Shown here piece after piece: positions 38,443 through 52,544 of a stretch of 64,000 nt of DNA (positions within the stretch are counted from its first letter, which is position 1; each line of letters opens with the position of its first letter). Both the position numbers and the translations under genes were made by a program. The DNA is from Hemiscyllium ocellatum. Its lineage: Eukaryota. The notes beneath the pieces are model-generated. The model made no database searches. It worked only from the letters and a program-made list of their open reading frames with translations, and was not told the DNA's origin. The stretch lies in assembly GCF_020745735.1 (NCBI RefSeq), contig NC_083401.1, positions 60,757,740 to 60,821,739 of the forward strand, read 5' to 3'.

Positions 38443-39407
38443 GTAAATATTCCCTCTAAAAATGCAGCACATATGGAAGCCTTCCTTAATACATGCAACC
38501 AAAGCAAAAGTCTGTTAATTGAAATCTTTTAAATAATAATTTTATATTGATGCGATAATAACCAGCTCCAATTATAGCAGTTAATGTAACTGCCACAAGC
38601 CCATCTGAACGTGAGGTGCAACCTCCAACCTGCAACATTATGCAAAGAGAAGTATGTCATGGGTTTATTTTCCAGGAACAGTGTTGTTATGATAAGCCAT
38701 GCAATTCTTCTGCCCATCTCACCCACATCTGCTACCCTATCTGCCTCTGCATATTTAAAAGCCATTGACTCAGTGCTGTCCATCAATTAAACAATTAAAA
38801 ATTGAGGGAAAGGTATTTGCTATCTCACCTTCAGCAAAACCAGTGAGCTTAGCCCTTGCCAGAAAACTGGCCTTCACACAAATGGGCTTTGCGGGCTGAG
38901 AAATGGGTAATGAGATGCATTCTCGAACCTGCAGTCTGTGTGTTGTAGGGAGACCCATAATGCTGTTAGCAAGGGAGTTCCAGGATTTAGGCCTATTGGC
39001 ACAGAAGAAACAATGATATATTTCCAGAACAGGATGGTGAGCGGCTTGGAGAGGAAATTGCAGGTGCTGGTGTTCTCATATCTGCTATCCTTATCTGTCT
39101 AGATGTGTAGTGGATTTGGATTTGGAAGGTGCTGTTGAAGGATCATTGGTGAATTTTTTAACAAAATACTCAAGTACTTAGAATACTGCAATCCAACATG
39201 TCTAACCTGTTATTTTTCTCAGAGTCTAAACTTCCTGGCTTTACGAAAATATTTTCGCAGACCAGCATCAACGTTAAGGCCTAAGCATCTTCTCCCATGT
39301 CGTTACCCGTGGGAATGGTGCATGTTATAAATCTGTGCTAAATGTATATAAAAGGCTACTGCTGAAACTTATTGCACTCATTTAAATCTATGCACTAAAG
39401 GAGAGGA

Positions 39408-39520
39408 TCTTGCAGTGCAGTGGTAGCATTCCCAGCTCTGGGCTAGAAGACCCAGGTTCAAGTTCCACCTGCTGCACAGATGTGACGTGACACATCTGAA
39501 AAGTTTGGTTAAAATATCTG
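39408..39520 (+). repeat. Short tRNA-derived SINE-like repeat (further copies at about 46875-46975 on - and 57520-57630 on +)
   Basis: GCAGTGGTAG...GGTTCAAGTTCCACCTGCT...ACATCTG shared by three copies. Confidence 0.6.
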
Positions 39521-39999
39521 TAAGTGCAAATGGCTTAAACAACTACTTTAAACTTAGCTGGTTTTGAAAACAATGTTTGGAAAGACGAAGACATGAGAGG
39601 TGAAAAGCAAAATAACAAAAAAATCCAATATGGAGACCTATGGCAGCTCATTGTTGATGGCAAATGGATATTCTGTTACATGAAATGAGTATAAGGAAGA
39701 TTACCTGAATTGGTACCTTACTTGAAAGTAAATTGTGACCAGCAATAATGGTCAGGCTCAATATTGTGGTCACGACCTGCAGGGTGAGGGTCAGAGACAG
39801 AGGAAGATACTAATCAGGCAAACTATGGTCACCCAACAATTCTGTGTGGCTGAGTTTGGAAGGCCCAAGTTGTTGTCCCTCAACATGTTCCACGTTTTCT
39901 GCTCAAGAAATATTTAGTTTCACTAGTGTCTCTTGCAAACCTCATCATCTCTGAAAAGATGTAACTTACAATGGAACACCTAACTCAGAAATACAATTG

Positions 40000-40224
40000 C
40001 TGAAAATGTGTTGCTGGAAAAGCGCAGCGGGTCAGGCAGTATCCAAGGAACAGGAGAATTGACGTTTCGGGCATAAGTCCTTCTTCAGGAATCCTGTTTC
40101 TTGAAGAAGGGCTCATGCCCGAAACGTCAATTCTCCTGCTCCTTGGATGCTGCCTGACCTGCTGCGCTTCTCCAGCAACACATTTTCAGCTCTGATCTCC
40201 AGCATCTGCAGTCCTCACTTTCTC
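40000..40224. mobile_element. Penelope-derived hairpin element with hammerhead motifs
   Basis: Inverted arms; TGAAGAAGGGCTCATGCCCGAAACGTC; 16-nt duplication CTCAGAAATACAATTG at 39984 and 40225. Confidence 0.88.
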
Positions 40225-40618
40225 CTCAGAAATACAATTGACAAGACAAGGGAACTGTCAGGAACGAGGTTGATGATCAAAAAGGTTTCAGACCAAACTT
40301 TAGGAAATTGTTTAATTTTAGTGGTGAGATATATTAAAATGGGTTACATTTTCATATGAAAGTTTTGGCAGATTCCTAATAAGGTTTGTGCATTCAATAT
40401 TCTCTTAGTCTAGTCATGTCAAAGGATGATATACAATTGGAAAATTGGTATTCTGTCTTTCCCTGTAATGTCACAACAGATGTTTTTTTATTCCTGTTCT
40501 GGCTGCACTCCGTCTGAGGCAAAAAAAAACCTAAGCCCCTTAAAAACAGGCAGATTTCTCAGGAGTGCTGAATTCCATGACTTAAGTCACATGATATTTT
40601 ATCTGTTGTCACCTACAG

Positions 40619-40782
40619 GTGGTGCTTCTGAACAGTCTGGAAGGATCAATGTTGGGGATGAACTGCTTGCAATCAATGGAAAATTCCTGGATGGCCTTAT
40701 GCACTATGATGCTTGGAACATTATCAAGTCTGTCCCTGAAGGACCTGTCCAGTTAGTGATTCGAAAAATTAAAACAGTTTAA
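40619..40782 (+). CDS. PDZD2: PDZD2 terminal coding exon (GGASEQSGRINVGDELLAINGKFLDGLMHYDAWNIIKSVPEGPVQLVIRKIKTV*)
   Basis: acctacag|GT acceptor, TAA at 40780-40782; closely follows the recalled human C-terminus GLMHFDAWNIMKSVPEGPVQLLIRK. Confidence 0.93.
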
Positions 40783-42549
40783 TGATTGAGGTTTGTTCGG
40801 TGGATTGGAGCACAGCCCATAACATAGCTATGCCAAAGTGAAATGAAAATCCTCAAATTCCATCAAAATGACCTCTGTCACTGTTTTTCTTGAAGAAAGA
40901 GAATTGGTAAAAATAATAAGACAGATTATAGCATAATTGTGTATCTTCCAGAATCAAAGACCTTGCCATTACAATAAATCTGTGACAAGAAAAAGGTTAA
41001 AGGGGAAAAAAAAATTCAGAATCTTTCGTTGTATTCCAGAGCCGAGAATGGAGTTCAAATAATCCAACACTAAGGACTTACATTTGTTAAATTCACCATC
41101 GATGCTTGCACACAACCTTTATCACACTTAAAAGCCTCAAATCAAGTTTCTCAGAAAGTCATTGCCTGAAATGAAGTAGATACTTTCTCCGTAGAAAGAT
41201 ATTTATAGAGATATTTAGAATCCAAAGCTAAGGAGCCTCCAGTTGTACAGTTATACTGCTGGAGTTTACCGTGTTTACTTCCAAGCAGTTTACTGACACA
41301 ACAATGGGAGACTTTGAGATAATGCAGTTTTGCTTACTTGCACAAATCAAAGGACAATAGTCATTAGGTGGATTTTAAATATCGGCCAAGTTCATGGCAG
41401 GAGGAACCAGAAACTACCAGCAAACAACATTCCATCACCTTTTTGTCTATAGCACCAGCTCCAGAGCACTGTGACACCACTGGTTGGAAATTTGAAGCAT
41501 AAAGGAGCTGCTTGTCTATTGGCAACCCATTCATCTTTGATCACCAGAAGTAACAAATCTTGGAGCATGCATTCTCAAACAGGAAATGTTATACCTTGTA
41601 ACTCCAGTTATTCCAATTTATGGAGTCTCTTCAGTAGTGTCTCTGCATGTGAAGAAAGCATCATGCATCAGCAATAATTGTGTGAATCTAGCTTCAAATA
41701 ATGTAAGAGACCCCTTTATTAAAACTAGTTGTTCAATATATTTCAGAACAGTGGGGCAATGTTCCTCTTTAGGATCCTGGCAAAAGAACTTGGTAAGATG
41801 GAAACTTATTTCTTGCATAGTGCCATGCCAGCTGTTCACAATCTTCCATCCGTTTATTCCAATAGGCAGTATATTGTAAGCAGTTTGCACCCAGTTAATG
41901 TGATTGGGGAATTGACTCCACTGCCTCAGTGTCCACAGGAGCAACGGCTGTTTTTCATTAGCAAATGATCCTGAGCAATGAGGTACCTTTGTCCTGTAGT
42001 TCTCAAATTAAGGCTCGAGAGGCATTGATCTGTGGTGCTTCAAAAGCTGAGAGGGAGTTTAGACTGGCATTACATGACATGACATGACAGGACTACTTTT
42101 TTCCCTGACTCCTTCTTCAAACTGGCTAATGACAGTGTGACATCAGGACATCTCTTGCTGTCAAAGTGGGTAGCTTCAGTTGGGAAATGCCGCAGCCCTC
42201 AGGACCTACCTCAGTTAAGTATATACTAAAAATACTTCACTCCATGAAGAGCAGAAGTACAAAATAGTTAGGCCTCCAGTCCTGAAAGCAGAGCATAGGA
42301 GACTATAGGAGCATATGAGTGCTGGAGCATATGGTCTTTCATACTGTCCATTGCCAACTCAATTCTGAATGGCCCGGTATTCACCCTGGGCAGATTGCAT
42401 GAAACATCTAGAGAAGAAATTTCTAACAAAATAATACAGTTGTCATTTCTACACATCTCTCAGTCTAGAAATCCATTCAAAACATTTAAATCTCAAACGG
42501 TTTAAAAATATTTTATTCACACACCACATCAAGGACAACAAGTCATTTA

Positions 42550-42728
42550 ATGATTTGGAGATGCCAGTTTGGACTGGGGTGTACAAAGTTAAAAATCACA
42601 ACACCTGGTTATAGTCCAAAAGGTTTAATTGGAAACATTAGCTTTCAGAGCGATGCTCCTTTACCAGGTGATTGCAGAGTATAAGGACTCTATTCCACAA
42701 CCACCTGATGAAGTAGCAGCGTTCTGAA
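42550..42728. mobile_element. Second-family hairpin element, partial
   Basis: GGACTGGGGTGTACAAAGTTAAAAATCACA...; CACCTGATGAAG at 42702. Confidence 0.7.
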
Positions 42729-42729
42729 C

Positions 42730-44130
42730 CTCATCAAATAACTCAATTAAATTTGTCATACATGACCTGCCTTTAACACAATGATGTTGAGTGTATAGTA
42801 CGAACTTATTTTTATCTAAGTGTATATTTATCTTCTCCTGTATTATGGCCTACATCAGTTTTCCAACTATTGATGTCAAGTTGACTGGTTATCCTTTGTC
42901 TCATAAACAAGGCCATCACATTCACAATTCTCCAGTCCCCCAGGACTAATCCTGTGTTCAGAGAGGCTTGGAAAATTTGCCAACGGTTCTGCAATTTGCT
43001 CCTTTACACCTGTCAGCAATCTAGGATGCATCCCACCTGGATAAAAATAAACCAAAGAACTGCAGACACTGGAAATATGAAACAAAAACAGAAATTACTG
43101 GAATAAACTCAGCGGATTTGGCAGCATCTGTGGAGAGAGAAACAGAGTTAACATTTGGGTCTAGCAACTCTTGTTTAGAACATTCTGAAGTTTTTTCAGC
43201 AATTTGTGTTTGTGGCATCCCATCTGGGCCTGGTGACTTGGAGTGCTGCCAGCCTTTTTCATACCTTTCTCTATTCTATTATTTAGTTGTTCAACACCCA
43301 CATTTTCAACTTATTGTCACCATTTTCAAATTTGGTAAAGACAGAAGCAAAGTACCCATTTAGTACTTCTATCATACCCTTTGTTTCAGCAAGTTTATCT
43401 TGCTTGTTCCTAATGGGCCCCAATGTATCCTTGCTGAAAATGTATTGCTGGAAAAGCGCAGCAGGTCGGGCAGTATCCAAGGAGCAGGAGAATCGATGTT
43501 TCAGGTCTGAGCCCTTCTTCAGGAAGCCTCTCCTGCTCCTTGGATGCTGCCTGACCTGCTGCACTTTTCCAGCAACACATTTTCAGCTCTGATCTCCAGC
43601 ATCTGCAGTCCTCACTTTCTCCCAATGTATCCTTCACTAAGCTTTTACTGTTAATATGTTTGAAAAACATTTTACTGTTTGCTTTAACATAGCCTGCCAT
43701 CCTTTCTTCTTGGCCTTCCTTATTCCAGCCTTAGCTTGGAATTCACTGTTTAATCCAGCAAAAGCTATTTCCAATCATCTTCTTCAAGATCAATGTTTAG
43801 ACTCCTATAATCTGCACTTCCAGATCCGGGATCTTGATCCTTAATTCTTACCATTTTCTAACTTAATATTGAAACTTGTTGAAAGGCTATGATACTACTC
43901 TTGACCAAGAATGTTATGCTTTTTTTTTACCCACATTGTTTCTACTAAAAAATGTATAACCCGGAATGTTAAGCATCCAGTCCTTTTCCGGCTTAAACCA
44001 CATTAAGCTAACATTTCATATCCCCATAGAGCAACTTCTACTTGCAATTCCCCTATTTTGTTCAGTATAGTCCATGTGTTTACATACAGATAGTTTATCC
44101 CTGCTTTTACCTCTTTCATGCCCATTGGGA
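42730..44130 (-). mobile_element. Old degenerate CR1 fragment(s) with nested short elements
   Basis: LNGYFASVFTK and DWRIVNVMALF on -. Confidence 0.6.
43433..43620. mobile_element. Penelope-derived hairpin element (centre partly deleted)
   Basis: Inverted arms; 14-nt duplication CCCAATGTATCCTT at 43419 and 43621. Confidence 0.85.
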
Positions 44131-44919
44131 GGTGACCACTTCTTTGTTCGCTGTCAACACTCAAAGCCTTCCCTCACTTCCTTTTATCTGTTCCCCAGGT
44201 CAACCCGCTCCCCTGCCTTACAAATTTAAATCCACTCCCACTGCATTATTTACTGTCTCAGCCCAGGAGATGAGTTCCATTTCACCTCTGTTGAAGACCA
44301 TCTCTTCTGAACAGCTTTCTTCTTTCCCAAAAGTGATCTCAATGTCCCAAAAATCTAAACTATTATCTCCTACACCATCCCTTAAACCATGCATTTGTTT
44401 CCCTGCTCAGCCTTTGCCTAAATGGTGAAGTACATAGCACAGGTCATACTTCTGAGATTTCTGTCCTGGAGGTTCTGTGTTTCCCTAACTCCTGACACTA
44501 ATTCTGTAAGATCTCCAAGTTCCCCTCTCTATGTTGTTGGTTACCACAGGAAGCACAAACATTAGTTGTTCACCCTCTTTTTCTAGATGTGTATCCAGAC
44601 ATTCTGTTATGTCCTGAAACCAGTAGTATGCATTGTGTATACAGCCTGACTAAAGTGACATTATTAATTTGAACCTCCATATCAGGATCAAACATAAAAA
44701 GGTGAATAAAACTAATGGGGTGGAATTATGCTCTATGCTATTAGCATATGATGCAAAAGGTATCATAAATAGGTTAAATCCACCATTAAAATAATGGAAT
44801 GGGAACCTTAAGCATAATCACTCATAACAAAAACTATGTGTAAAATTTCATGTCATTTGTAAATCACTAACAATAATTTGTAGATGTAAAGGAATGAATA
44901 AATAACGAGCTCTATAATA

Positions 44920-45095
44920 TCAACACCCAATTGAATATCCGAAGGACACAAGCAGGAAGGGTTTCATTTAGTTAATCAAATTCTGGATAATCGAATGCCA
45001 GATAACATGGTTTAGCCAAGCATCGGGACCTTGCGATCTTGTCGGATAATCCGATATGTGGATAATCAAATGCCGGATAATCCAGAGTACAACAG
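44920..45095. mobile_element. Small MITE-like DNA transposon relic with repeated GGATAATC motifs
   Basis: ATATCCGAA on the left and several (TC)GGATAATC on the right; similar to the element end at 63213. Confidence 0.45.
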
Positions 45096-47432
45096 TTTAC
45101 TCCATGCCTGGAGTCATGTCATTAGATTGTTTGCCTGTAGGTGGCAGTAGTACCAGATCTTTTCTCATGGAACCCTTTCTGTTCAAGGAAGCTATCATTC
45201 CATTTATAAAGATATCAAAACATTTGAATTTATTTGTACTGGAAAGGACATTTTATGCCCATCTGTCATTACCTTAATAGTTCTTACTTACTGCAGTCCT
45301 GAAGGCATTGGAACTTCTACTATGGTCTTATACAGGAAGTCCAACAATTCCATACGTGCATTCAGTGCTAAGAAAGCAATAACTTGCATTATGTAGCATT
45401 TTAACATATTAATATCACAAAGTGCTTTACAGGAATATTATCAGACAGAATTTGCCATGGATATTAAGGCAAATGACTAAAAGTTTAGTCAGAGGTGGGT
45501 TTACATAGCATCTTAAAAAGTGGACAAATAGTTGGAGAAGTTTAGGGATGAGATTCCAGAACTTAGCGAATAGAACATGATAAAATATCATTCCAAAACA
45601 GCATAACTATAACCAGATGAGATTTCAGCAGGAGCTCTTCAGCACACATTACTTAGCAGGATTTTCTCTGAATACTGAGGTAAACATCAACCATCATCTA
45701 AATGAATGACAGAACAGACTCAAGGGGCTAAATAGCCTATTCCTGTTCCAAATATTATCATTAATTAAAATTTTATGTTTATATGGTCCCTTGCATGCAG
45801 CAATATAGCTCAGTGCATTTGCAAAGGACAAGATGCATCACTTAAATGCAAGGTTCAAAACACCAGTAATTGAGCTCCTAAAAAACAATTAGCTCAATTC
45901 AATCTTTCATTTTAAAGTTTATGGTGTTTGTTTTAGGTTAGCTTTTATAGCAAGGTAAATAGGGTTTAAAGTTGTCTTTTAACCCATATCAACAAGAAGC
46001 TAAATTTAGCAAAGCTGAAGTGATCAGATGAGGAGCTGCATGTCTTGTTATGAATCAAGCCACATTAGAAACTGAATGAGATTAGTTTCCCTTTTAAATT
46101 AATTCATGGTGAAATAAGTCAGTATACAGATTAAATAGTTGCACCTTTAATCTGAAATATCTATCTGGAATCTCATATGAAGCTATTAACTTGGATATCT
46201 GACTCTGTTTGAAAGCAACTACATTCCAGACTAATAAAAAAACCAAAACACCACACAAGCTCAAAATCTAAAATAAAAATCGATCATTTCATTTGACAGC
46301 ATCTGTGTAGTAGGAAAGAGTTAATACTTTGGGTCAATTACTTTTCATCAATTCTGATTTATTTAGCTGATTACTGTTCTGAAATATTAGCTTTGACTCT
46401 TTCTCTGTAGATGCGACTTGAACTGCTGAGTATTTCAAGTATTTGAATTTCCACTCTGATCATTTTGTTTACCCTGGTGTGCTCTGTTGTTTTGATAATC
46501 CCCTGTTTGGAGTCAACAGTTTGAAAGAGCTAATATTATGTATGAGCAATGTACTAATCAATCAGCCTCTGTACTCACGTTATTTTAAGAATTTCTTATT
46601 ATCATGTTACTAAATTTATGAAAGGGAGAAAGATTTATGAACACGAATATCTGGACTGAAATTACTTTTCTATGATGCTATTTTCTTTCCCTAAATTTAT
46701 AACGGTTGAAATCCCCTATTATAGATCCCAGTTTAGTTTAATTTGCACACCTATTTAAGTGCTCCTAGATTCATGCAAGTACAATATGACACTAGTCAAT
46801 AGCTTATTTGTCAGCATTTGGAAAAATGCAACATAGGTCTCAAGAAACAACACCAGATTTCACAGTGTCGATATTTTTCAATTAAGTGTTGTGATACGCT
46901 TCTGGAGCAGGTGGAACTTGAATCCAAATCTTCTGGCCCAAGGGTAAGGACACTACCATTGCACCACAGGAGCCTCAATTTCACAGTGTATAACAAATAA
47001 GAACAGTTAAGCCTCTAATTTCTGTCCCATCCATATTTAATTTCATTGTTTTGTTGTGTTCAAATTGCCAGCATCTATTTGGAAATGCAATGAATTCACT
47101 TCCTTTTTGAAAACATTAATGAATTTAATGTAAAGACAGCCATTAGAGTTACAAATGGGTTCTGTAAACAAGCATATTCTAGCATTATAATTTCACCAAT
47201 TCAACTGTACACTTCTCACTGATTCAATTTTAAATCTACGAAAGTATCTATTTATCAATGAAAAAGTCATTAAAGGTAACATCTAATAACTTTTTGAATT
47301 TTAGACCAACTTGCTTATGTTTCAAAAAGCATTTTTGTGCACAATAATCTGTAAAATACTGTTGTAAAAATATTTTTATTTGTGTATTAATATGACTGCT
47401 TTATCAACAGTTGTCTTACACGAACTTTGGGG

Positions 47433-47560
47433 AATAAAAGAGTGCAATACTACTAGATGGACTGTATATTTTTAAAAGTGGCTTTGCGCTCATTATTTAA
47501 GGCTGGAAAATCTGTAAACAAGGTTTTATATTGATTCAAAACAATATTTTATGAAATAAA
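47433..47560 (+). terminator. Candidate distal polyadenylation signals of PDZD2 (AATAAA at 47433 and 47555); proximal alternative AATAAA at 40973
   Basis: Two AATAAA hexamers at the end of an AT-rich, non-repeat, 3'UTR-like block (about 47040-47600), followed by T/GT-rich sequence. Confidence 0.4.
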
Positions 47561-47669
47561 AATGCATCCTAATCATATATTGTGGTTCTGTCCAACTCCA
47601 TATTATTTTATATTCAAGTGGATTTTTTAAAAAAATTCATTGATTTGTTTGCTGCTCAAAATCTCTTCT

Positions 47670-50600
47670 TCCTTGTTGACCCTGTGTAATTTTATAGTTA
47701 TTTATGTTTATACATGGTATTAACATTACCAAATATATCCAGGTGTTGGTGTGGGTGGGGAGGGGTAGGGTGCTCACTGTTAATTCTAGCTCTGTAGTAT
47801 ATTTGAATTTTCTTCATCCTATCGTGGGGTGCCTGGGTCAAGGGTGGGGCACTGGTTGGGAGAGAATATTATGTGCTTTTGGAAAGGAAGTGATGCCCCC
47901 TGGGAACAAGGGGGAAAATCTCCATTTAAATAAGTTTTTTATTATTTAGAAATAGTTTTTTACTATACTGATGATAGTGTATTAAAGAGCCTTTATTTTT
48001 GTGAATTTTATATGCTTGGGATGTTCTGGATAGGGTTTCTTCTCCTGAGGGGTCTCGGACTTGCCCGGATGATTATGGTTAATCAGTCGGTTAAATGGTG
48101 CACATGGAATGTCAAGGGAAGTAATTCACCAGTCAAACGGAAGAAAATACTATTAAACTTCAAGAAAGAAAGGATTGATATAGCTCTCCTACACGAGACA
48201 CACATATTAGATAAAGAACACTTGAAATTATGACAGGGTGGATTTGATCAGGCCTTCTTTTCTCAAAAAGTAGGGGAGTTGTTATCCTTATTCAGAAGAA
48301 TTTCCCTTTCAAAATCCTAAACCAGATAAAAGACGAATCTGGACGATATATTCTGATTAAAGCCCTTAAATGAAGAGGAATATGGGATCTTAAATCTGTA
48401 TTGTTCCCTGGCACATCCTTTTAAATTTATAACGGAAGTCTTCTCAAAATTGATGGCTCTCGGTGCTCATCATACAATTATAGGGGGAGACTTTAATTGT
48501 ATTATGGATCCGGAAATAGATAGGATTCCCAAGAGTACTGCAGGAGTATCTCCCAGATCCAGACAATTGGTGGATCTGAACAAAGAATTAGAATTAGTAG
48601 GTGTATGGAGATGCCTTCACCCACAGGGCAGAGATTTTTCTTTTTATTCCAATCCACATAAATGTCATACCAGAATTGATATGTTTTTGCCCTCTCGATT
48701 TTTAAAAAATTCCATATCATCCTGTAAAATAGGCAGTATAACAATTTCTGATCACATTGCTGTATATATGGAAATCAAGGCGAGGAACAATGAGACATCC
48801 CCCCAGCATTGGCGTATGGATTCCTTCCTGATGAAAAATAGTAAATTTGTAAGGTACTTCTCTCAAGAATTTAAAACATTTATAGAAATTAATTCAGGTA
48901 CAGCTAGCAACCTATCAATGATGTGGGAGACCATCAAAGCTTACGCGCTAGATTTGAACATTTCATACTCAGCAACTCAGAAAAAATTAAAGGGAGAACA
49001 ACAGCATCTGCTCGAAGCTCGCTTAAAAGCGGCTGAAACAGCATACGCTGACAGACCTCCTATTCTTAAATGACAAAGGATTACAGCCCTTAGGACAGCT
49101 CTAAACACCACGCTTACCCAAATGGCTAAGAGGGAAATATTATTTACAAAACAAAAGTTATATGAATTTGGTGATAGACCTGGTAGATACTTAGCATTTC
49201 TCGCAAAGGAAAAAAAGGCCCCTCAAACTATTACGTCTATCAAGGCAAGTACGGGTATTCTTACTCATGATCATTAAAGGATTACCGCAATCTTTAGAAA
49301 ATTTTGTACTAATTTATATAAATCGCAGGATTGTGAAGACAGAGCTAGGAGGATGCAGTTATTTTTTAAAAACCTGACCTTTCCGGACCTAACTCTGGAA
49401 CAGGTATTGGATCTGAATGCTCCCTTAACAAGTCAAGAAATACTTGACACAATCAGGCAACTTCAGCGCAGTAAGGCCCCTGCCCAGATGGCTTTCAAGC
49501 TGAATTCTATAAAGATTTTACAGGAGTATTGGCTGGTCCGCTTATGGACATATTTAACTACTCATTAGTCAGGGCTGTCTCCCGCCTTCGCTGAAAGAGG
49601 CGAATATCTCTCTTATTCTCAAAAAAGAAAGGACCCAGAAGATTGCGCGTCATACAGACCAATATCCTTGCTATATGTAGATTTTAAAATCTTTCTAAAA
49701 CGTTAGCATTGAGGCTAGAAAGGGTACTGCCACACATCATAAAGGAGGATCAGACAGAGTTTATTAAGGGCCTTGGATCATCCAATAATGTTAGAAGGGT
49801 TTTGAATATGATTCAAGCCTGCCATCAGGGAAAGATACCAGGTGTAGTAGTCTCATTAGACGTGGAAAAGGCATTCAACAGGGTTGAATGGTCATATCTG
49901 TTTTACACATTGGAAAGGTTTGGCATTGGAAAGATGTTTACCAAATGGGTCTCAACAATGTATAATGATCCCAAAGCAGTTGTGATTACCAATGGATTAG
50001 GCTCGGATAGCTTCAGTGTGGATAGGGGGTGCCTTCAGGGATGTCCTCTTTTGCCATTGCTATTTGTGCTAATAATTGAGCCACGAGCAGAAGCTATACT
50101 GGTTGACCCTAACATAACAGCCCCGGGGATTTGTACAGGTAAACATAAAATTACCCTTTATGCAGATGATGTTCTTCTATTTCTCAGTAATCCTTTGATG
50201 TCTGTGCCTCGTTTAATCCAAGTTATTAATACATTTAGTGCATTTTAGGCTATAAAATTAATTTTTCAAAATCGGAGGCTACGCCTTGCTAGTATATCCC
50301 ACCTATAAGACGGATCCCACTTTCCATTTTAGTGGTCCCTGGAGGGTTTCTTATTTTTAGGCATTTTATTATGCCAGTATTTGGTCAGTTATACAAGGCT
50401 AACTTTGTGCATTTACTGGAAAGAATAAGGCAGGACCTCCACCAATGGAGAGACCTTCCAATGTCCTGGCTGGGTAGAAAGGCACTAATTAAAATGAATG
50501 TCCTGCCCCGTCTCCTATACCCTATGAGAATGCTTCCAGTGATGCTGCCAAGGCTGGCACTACGTAAATTGTATGGCTGGCTGGGTTCCTTTATCTGGAA

Positions 50601-52214
50601 TCATAGATGGCCCCGCATTAAGCTGAAGAAGCTATAGCTTCCACAGGCAAGGGGAGGACTGGATTTCCCAGATTTTAGGAAATATCAGTTAAGTTCCCTA
50701 TTAAGCTATATAGCCGATTGGGTCTTGTCTGACCCGCAATCAATCTGGCTGGACATCGAGGCTTCTCAAGTAAAATGCCCAATTGTTAACCTCTTGTTTT
50801 CAGACAAGAGGAAAATCATCACAGATCAATGTAAAAACCCTATAATACTAAATACAATTAAAGCTTGGAATAATATGCGGCAAAATGAGGGCAACTCATA
50901 AAACATCCCCCTATACTCCGATAGTGGGAGCACGGGGGTTTCAACCGGGGCTTACAGATGCCACATTCAAACTCTGGAGATCCAGGGGTATCTCCTGTTT
51001 CAGGGACCTGTTTAAAGAAAGGTTTGTGATGTCTTTTGAACAGCTGCATCAGAAATTTGGATTACCTAATGGTGATCTCTTTCGATACCTCCAAATTCAA
51101 GATTACATACAGAAGAAGACTACGCTATTAGATAGTCTTTATAAATCAGATAGAGAACATAGAGTGTTATGGCCAATGGGGGTACCTTCGGTCAGCACTA
51201 TTTATCATTTATTACATGATGAAGTATCGGGAGATATGGACAATCTGCTTAAAACATGGGATCAGGATTTGGGACTGGAAATCTCTATAGAAATGTGGAA
51301 TGACATTTGGGAAAATACCAGAAAAATCTCCATCTGCAACAGAACTCAGGCTATTCAGTTGAAGATACTTCATAGGGCCCATATAGCACCGGCTCGATTG
51401 GCAAAATTTAAGGCAGGAGCATCTCCAATGTGTCCCAAATGTAAAATAGAGGTGGGCACTCTTGTACATTGCTTATGGACCTGTCATAAAATCCGTAGAT
51501 ATTGGATTAAAGTAGCAAGTGCTCTGACAGAAATCTTAGGAACGGAAATTAGAGTGGATTCAGTATCTCTCCTTTTGGGCTTTTCGAACTCACCCTCCCT
51601 GGATGTGCATGAGAAGAGATTATTTTCCATTCTCTCTTTCTGTGCAAGGAAAAATATTTTGGTAAACTGGGTGGCTGAGGGCCCTCCTGGACTTTCGAAT
51701 TGGCATAGAATAATCATGGAATGTATTCCCCTTAACTTCCTTACAAATATGGTGAACCGAAAGACCGAATTATTCCATAAAATATGGCAGCCCTTCTTGA
51801 ATTACACAAATACAGATATTTCGGCCATCCTAATAAGGGCTTTTATTTAATTGAGATGGCGAACCTGACTGGTCTGGGGCCCCCTGGGAGAGGAATCCTG
51901 CACGAATCCTGCATGATTTGATGTTAACACATTCCGAGCATTTATCTCACCACTCAATTTCTGTGTTATTTGTTGTTTTTTTTCCCCTGAATAATGTAAG
52001 AGACTTAATTATACACACTGGTTAGTTGTAGGTTAGATTAATAGTTTGTTGAGTTTCATTTTTTTTCTCTCGGTATCTCTTTTTTTCTATTTGATAGATT
52101 TTGGTTATTATTTATTTAAGATTTAATTGTATATTAATGTTTATACTTGGGTTTTTTATTGTAAACTTGTAAAAATATGTTAAATTTTCAATAAAAATAT
52201 CTATTTAAAAAAAA
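47670..52214 (+). mobile_element. L1-clade LINE, 5'-truncated (no ORF1), with a disrupted full-span ORF2 at 48075-51850
   Basis: TWNVKG...LLHETH...GGDFN...RIDMF...SDH (APE), QGCPL...LYADD (RT), CPKC...HCLWTC zinc knuckle; AATAAA plus A-tail; duplication AATCTCTTCT at 47660 and 52216. Confidence 0.93.
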
Positions 52215-52544
52215 GAATCTCTTCTCCTCTGTACTCATAGATTCTCCTCAGTTAATCAGTGTTGGCTATGAGAATTTCTTATGAGAATTTCTGAGTAGGT
52301 TAAACAGCTTCTTCGTATACTATAATATCAGAGTCAGTGTACAAGTCCAGGACACCACCCCAGTGCAAAGTACTGTAGCCAGAACACTGAGCCTGCATTT
52401 TTGTCGTGCGATCTCACAATTTAGTTCAGATTAACGTGTGTCAACCAGGTTTGCCATTTTACGTTCGGCTGTGACTCACTCCCAGCTCAGATTTGTTACC
52501 TTCACAAACAACTTGAGTTGAAACCAGGACCCAAGGAAATAGGA

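Noticed and set aside
9844-40782. Assignment to IL16 (pro-interleukin-16) instead of PDZD2
   Set aside because: The paralogue has similar C-terminal PDZ domains, but ALSMPDLDKLC, FKTELE, RSWSV, KTSAGLG-SLDGGK and KSVPEGPVQL match recalled PDZD2. A reciprocal BLAST would confirm.
40768-40782. C-terminal IKTV as a class I PDZ-binding motif
   Set aside because: Position -2 is Lys, not Ser/Thr.
48012-51850. Intact or domesticated L1 ORF2
   Set aside because: It is broken by multiple stops and frameshifts, and ORF1 is absent.
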